DNA of 64,000 nt. Origin: a virus. Its lineage: Duplodnaviria > Caudoviricetes. The notes under the pieces were generated by a model. The model ran no database searches and was not told where the DNA came from. It saw only the letters and a list, made by a program, of their open reading frames with translations. Location: positions 64,001-128,000 of IMG/VR virus record IMGVR_UViG_2617270876_000003, one strand, 5' to 3'. Both the position numbers and the translations under genes were made by a program. Positions 59,735 through 64,000 of this stretch are shown in pieces (positions within the stretch are counted from its first letter, which is position 1; every line of letters starts with the position of its first letter).

Positions 59735-60022
59735 TTAGTTTTTCATCATCCATTCAAGCGCTTTTGATGGATAGCCTTTAGTAAATATCACTTTCTTCTC
59801 GTCCCCATCATAAACTGTTAAAGTTCCCGCTCCATACATCGATTGGCTTGAAAAGCCCATACAAGATTCAAAAACTACTTTCTTTCCCGATTTAGTAAAT
59901 CCAGTTTGAATTGCATTCGTACCATCAAGTTTTACTTCGGTATACTTTGCACATTTCTCGCGTTCTTTTCTTTCTTGTGCTGCTGCTTTAATTCTTTCCG
60001 AACGTTCGTAATCCCATGTCAT
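59735..60022 (-). CDS. hypothetical protein (probable start MTWDYE)
   Basis: GGAGG RBS, promoter TTGTAT-17 bp-TATACT at about 60054-60082, and a terminator at 59711-59736. Confidence 0.7.
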   Translation of the reverse strand: MTWDYERSERIKAAAQERKEREKCAKYTEVKLDGTNAIQTGFTKSGKKVVFESCMGFSSQSMYGAGTLTVYDGDEKKVIFTKGYPSKALEWMMKN

Positions 60023-60723
60023 ATGTATTACCTCCGCTTCATTTGATAAATCAAGTATACCACACATTGTTGCTATATACAATACTTATTTATTTTTATC
60101 TTTTAAATTAACCTACCCATTGGATCAATATCCAGAACCAAATAATAACAGACACAGCCATGATTACTTTATGTTTGATACTCCATTTGTTTTCCTCTCT
60201 AGAGTCTCTGTTAATGATTCTGATGTCCATCTTACATTCCTCCTTATATTTGCATGATTATTTTTATCTTTGTTATAGCGGCTTCTGGGTGGCTTATATT
60301 AGGCGCTAACAACAATTTCAACGGTGTTACCTTGATAACTTACAACATCGTGCATACAACATGTGCAAAGCTCTAACACCTTAAGATTGTCGCCAGAAGT
60401 TTTAATGATTAAAGATCCGTCACGTTTAACAAGTTTGATTGTCTTATTATTCACTATGTATATTCTCCTATTTATTTTTATATTTATAAGGATTGGTCGA
60501 AACCTCTAAAACTTTATAAATACTCCCAATTGACTCTTGCAATGCACACTTTGCACTGCTTTCGGATGAAAAAGAGCCATAACGGAAACTCTTCACGGAT
60601 TTGAAACCTGTTTCTTTGTCTTCCACTAAAGCGACCCATGAGCATTCAGACATTTTAATCATTCTCCTTTTTTGGGCCTCTGACACATTGCATGATTGCA
60701 TCAGAGGCGTTTATATTTACTTT

Positions 60724-61458
60724 TTAGGCAGTAACAGCGGATTTAATATTAAACGTTGTGATGGGTGTTTCTGGGACTGCTGATAGGATATCGGTCAGAT
60801 AGTTATCATTAAAGCAAGCATAATTACCTTGAGTAACTGTCATAGATGGAGTTTCTTTAATAACCGTTTTAGTGATTGAGTCAATATCAACATTAATCCA
60901 GCCATCATATACAATAAAGTTTTCATAGGGCAAGATAGTGTTAGAGTAAAGAGATCTTTTCCGCTTTGGTTTATGAACAATTTTAAGCGATTCTTTGTAT
61001 TGTGCGTATGGTTTAACCTCAACATGGTCAATAACCGTTTGAATAGCAACAGGGAAACCAAAGTCAGTGAATTTAACTATTGTTACTTTTGTTTGAGGCT
61101 GAAGGGCTTCAACAGCTTCAGTAAACACAGATTCAAACGGAACATTGTAGCCATATTGACGAAGCAGAGTAGCCATATTTGTGCATCCTCGATGTTCTGT
61201 GAACTCGATGATATCAAGCGTAAGAGTGATATTATGAGTGTTCAAAGCGTCAAAGAACAGCACTTTAACACGTTGTTTTTCTGTGTCCGAATACTTTGAA
61301 TAATTAACACCTTCCGGTCTAACTTCAAAACAAGCATTTGCAAGAGTATCAGAGAGAACGTCAAATTTATTAGTAATGTACAGCAGATCAAAGTTAGAAA
61401 GAGATGGATATTCGTTTGCCTCTTCTACCGAGATTTTAGCAGCTACTTGATTTGTCAT
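60724..61458 (-). CDS. hypothetical phage protein
   Basis: 244 aa with AAAGGAG RBS. Confidence 0.75.
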   Translation of the reverse strand: MTNQVAAKISVEEANEYPSLSNFDLLYITNKFDVLSDTLANACFEVRPEGVNYSKYSDTEKQRVKVLFFDALNTHNITLTLDIIEFTEHRGCTNMATLLRQYGYNVPFESVFTEAVEALQPQTKVTIVKFTDFGFPVAIQTVIDHVEVKPYAQYKESLKIVHKPKRKRSLYSNTILPYENFIVYDGWINVDIDSITKTVIKETPSMTVTQGNYACFNDNYLTDILSAVPETPITTFNIKSAVTA

Positions 61459-62022
61459 TATAACCGACTCCTTTAATATGTATTAGTACCCATAATGGAT
61501 ACTTAATTTATTACTTAAATTATTTTTACTTTATTAGCGAAGAATCAGACAACCTACGATTAATTTATTTTTGAGTGATTGCTTACGATCCCATTTACTT
61601 TTGAGTACTGCCAGTTGTGATTGAGACATTAATTATCGACTCCTTTGGAATAGGTTATAATGAAATAGTGAATATGTATTCCTTAACCTTGATATAAGTA
61701 TAGCACAGATTGAGTTATGTTTGCAATGATTTATTTATTTTTATTATATAAATAAGAGGCCCATTCTTAGTGAATGAACCTATGTAAAGAGATGTTAAAT
61801 TTTGCATTGGAACGGAACGTTCCTAATGCTCACACGCGACACGCTTGCGTGTTTAGCGTGTGAATTCTTTTGATCTTTAGTTTATCTTTGAACATTAGAA
61901 ATAGCCAGTTTAACAAGTAATAACCCTTATTATATAAAGGTTTTACAAATAATTTCATATTAAATTTTGTCAAATTTGGCTTTATAATATATCTTTATTA
62001 TATCTCTCTTTTTGACAAAATT

Positions 62023-63186
62023 TTAGTACTCTAAGTCTGGATTTCCCTTTGTTTCTGTGGGTAATTTGATACTTTTTATATCATCTTTAATATTCTTTGC
62101 TTCTCTTTCAACAAGTGTGTTGATTAGTTTCTCATTATTTTTTAAATAATTTACTTGTTCCCTGACTGTATATTTCTTATTAACTATTTCACCTTCATTA
62201 TTAACTATTTTCTTTGCTGATGAGTGTCTTTTATTGGCATTGTCATATAGTAATTTTTTAACGTTTTCATTTACATTTTCATTCTTTAATTCAAATTCTT
62301 TATAATTCAATTCATATGTATTAATATCGGCGTAAGCTTTTTCTATGTTGTTGTGATTGAATGTCAATTTATAAGAATTGTAATAGTAAAGTATATTGTA
62401 TTTATTGAATAATATTTCTTTTACTCTATCCGTGCATTGTTTCCACATACCATTAACCACGATATATTTTTTATCTTGTCCTCCAGTAAGATCATATACA
62501 GCTTGTAACTCTGCGTCTGTGATTCCATTCTTTTCTTCTTTCGTTGCTTCCCTGTGTATTTTCTTTAGATTATGAGTAAGATTATATTTGTATTGATTCT
62601 CTCCATATTCATCAGTACCAGTAATATATCTATCAAGTTTAATTCCTGATTCTGATTCATTATTTCGTACATCAGGATCAATGAGGCACACTGTTATAAT
62701 ATCCTCTTTTATTGCTAATGATTTCTTTCTAAGATTTTTAAAAGCAGTCTCTAGACCGTTAGTTAATGAATCCTTTGACAATCCATAAAATTTGTGTATT
62801 TCATTTTCTGATACATCAGTTAAAATACTTAATTTTGGTATGTGATAGCGACAAAAATTATAATTGTCATTGACCATGTTTAAGAGTTTGAAAAGTTTAC
62901 TCTTAGGTAAAAGCAATTCTCCTGTTGTATCTTTAATTAGTATATTTACTATTAATTCTTCAAGATCATTGATTAAACCATATCTGGTTAGTTTACCTCT
63001 GGGATTTCTATACACCTTTTCAATGCTAATTTTATGACCTATTTTAATATATTCAAAATACCTTCCCCATTCATCCAATTGAACTATTTTAGCATTTCCG
63101 GTTTTAGTTTCTTCGCCTAAAAACTTGCATAACTCCTTATAATTCTTAAACGTATAACCTTTTTTTAGTTTTGAAGAGTCTATAAT
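62023..63186 (-). CDS. hypothetical DNA-binding/replication-like phage protein with a probable ATT/ATA start
   Basis: The ORF extends in frame upstream of the tracked start (…FKNYKELCKFLGEETKTGNAK..QLDEWGRYF). AAAGGAAG RBS precedes ATT-ATA, with an in-frame stop just before it. Confidence 0.7.
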   Translation of the reverse strand: MIDSSKLKKGYTFKNYKELCKFLGEETKTGNAKIVQLDEWGRYFEYIKIGHKISIEKVYRNPRGKLTRYGLINDLEELIVNILIKDTTGELLLPKSKLFKLLNMVNDNYNFCRYHIPKLSILTDVSENEIHKFYGLSKDSLTNGLETAFKNLRKKSLAIKEDIITVCLIDPDVRNNESESGIKLDRYITGTDEYGENQYKYNLTHNLKKIHREATKEEKNGITDAELQAVYDLTGGQDKKYIVVNGMWKQCTDRVKEILFNKYNILYYYNSYKLTFNHNNIEKAYADINTYELNYKEFELKNENVNENVKKLLYDNANKRHSSAKKIVNNEGEIVNKKYTVREQVNYLKNNEKLINTLVEREAKNIKDDIKSIKLPTETKGNPDLEY

Positions 63187-63331
63187 TTAACAACTTCCTT
63201 TCTTAATTAATAAGGGATATCCCTCTTGGATTTTATACACATTGTTGCAAAATAATTATATTTTAAATAATTAAATTATATTTACTTATTTAATTGATCA
63301 AAAAAGAAAAGGCTCAACTGTCGAGCCAAAT

Positions 63332-63682
63332 TTAAATATCTGTCTTTCCGCTCTCCTGGTTCAATAAATTAATTAAATTTACAGCATACTCTTCCATGAA
63401 TATTTTAAATTGATTTTGCATTTCTTCCTCTGACTCAATTGCACCAGCTTTATATGCTTCAGCTATTCCGGTAAAGTCTTCAAGTGATGAAGCATTGATT
63501 TCTGCATATCGTGCCGTATTCGAGATTGCAGAAGCTATAACAGATACTTTATAGGCGTTGTCTTTATTTAATCCTTCTTTATGTTCTGCCGCAATTTCTT
63601 CAACCGTTATATTGTTGTTGCTGCTTAATGCATGATTATAGTCATTGTTGTGTTCATTGATATTCAGATTAGACAAGTGTAC
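63332..63682 (-). CDS. hypothetical protein
   Basis: AAAGGAG RBS near 63685, with a terminator-like hairpin at 63307-63330. Confidence 0.6.
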   Translation of the reverse strand, partial: VHLSNLNINEHNNDYNHALSSNNNITVEEIAAEHKEGLNKDNAYKVSVIASAISNTARYAEINASSLEDFTGIAEAYKAGAIESEEEMQNQFKIFMEEYAVNLINLLNQESGKTDI

Positions 63683-64000
63683 CATCTCCTTTATCATCTC
63701 CACTTTCATTATATAGTATATACCACATGGAAAGAAAAATGCAGTCACGGCTAGAAAACCGTGACACACTCAATATATAATTTATTGTTATTATCTACTC
63801 TGAAAGCTATTGCCAGATGTCTTTTGTTGTATCCTTCAAGTAAATATGTATAGTTGTAATATTCATCGTTCCACTTAGGTTCTACATGCTTGGGACGTTT
63901 AAGAATGGATAATAACTTTTGTTCTGTAAAGTTTCTATCAGGTTGAGCCAATCTCATTTTAACGTGATACGAATAATGAATGAAGAATTTAGGATAGAGT

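Larger units (their letters stand above)
1..64000 (-). mobile_element. Early/accessory region of an SPbeta-like temperate phage or prophage
   Basis: Dense co-oriented short ORFs, low GC, and homologue-like genes for SPbeta YopQ/YopR, YorE/F/G and YorM, plus Gp157, an ORF6N antirepressor and HNH endonucleases. No host housekeeping operons. Confidence 0.9.

Noticed and set aside
624-60783. Most plus-strand ORFs in the six-frame track (e.g. 8270..8800, 9815..10207, 57064..57498)
   Set aside because: They are antisense shadows of minus-strand genes, lack an RBS and have Ser/Leu/Phe-rich composition.

Overview
AT-rich, gene-dense segment of an SPbeta-like temperate phage or prophage of a spore-forming Bacillota. 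The host is probably Paenibacillaceae or Bacillaceae, which is an inference. Almost all genes are on the minus strand. No structural genes, rRNA, tRNA or CRISPR were seen. The recognisable core is a YorG/YorF/YorE-like recombination/SSB block, a YorM-like 3D protein, guanylate kinase, Gp157, the YopQ-like (DndB/DGQHR) and YopR/MrpR-like (degenerate tyrosine-recombinase fold) lysogeny regulators, a DarB-like methyltransferase-SNF2 helicase and several homing endonucleases. Two observations stand out. (1) About 60 copies of an 18-bp palindrome, roughly RTRAAA-N6-TTTYAY, each with a different 6-bp core, sit at gene junctions (stop codon - site - RBS - start) across the accessory regions and were not seen in the core blocks. 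This resembles a gene-cassette array delimited by tyrosine-recombinase-type sites. (2) A phage-encoded agr-like peptide signalling cassette lies directly downstream of the YopR-like repressor: a kinase-less membrane receptor, AgrB, an unannotated 41-aa AgrD and a stand-alone LytTR protein. Also present are a promoter-associated motif (ATAAAGTAAAAATA), an RBS-associated motif (ATACATA), LexA boxes, a triple operator, a lone MazF, a Ser/Thr kinase, RsfA, a glycosyltransferase and four disrupted genes. All product calls come from motif recognition by eye, not from database searches.
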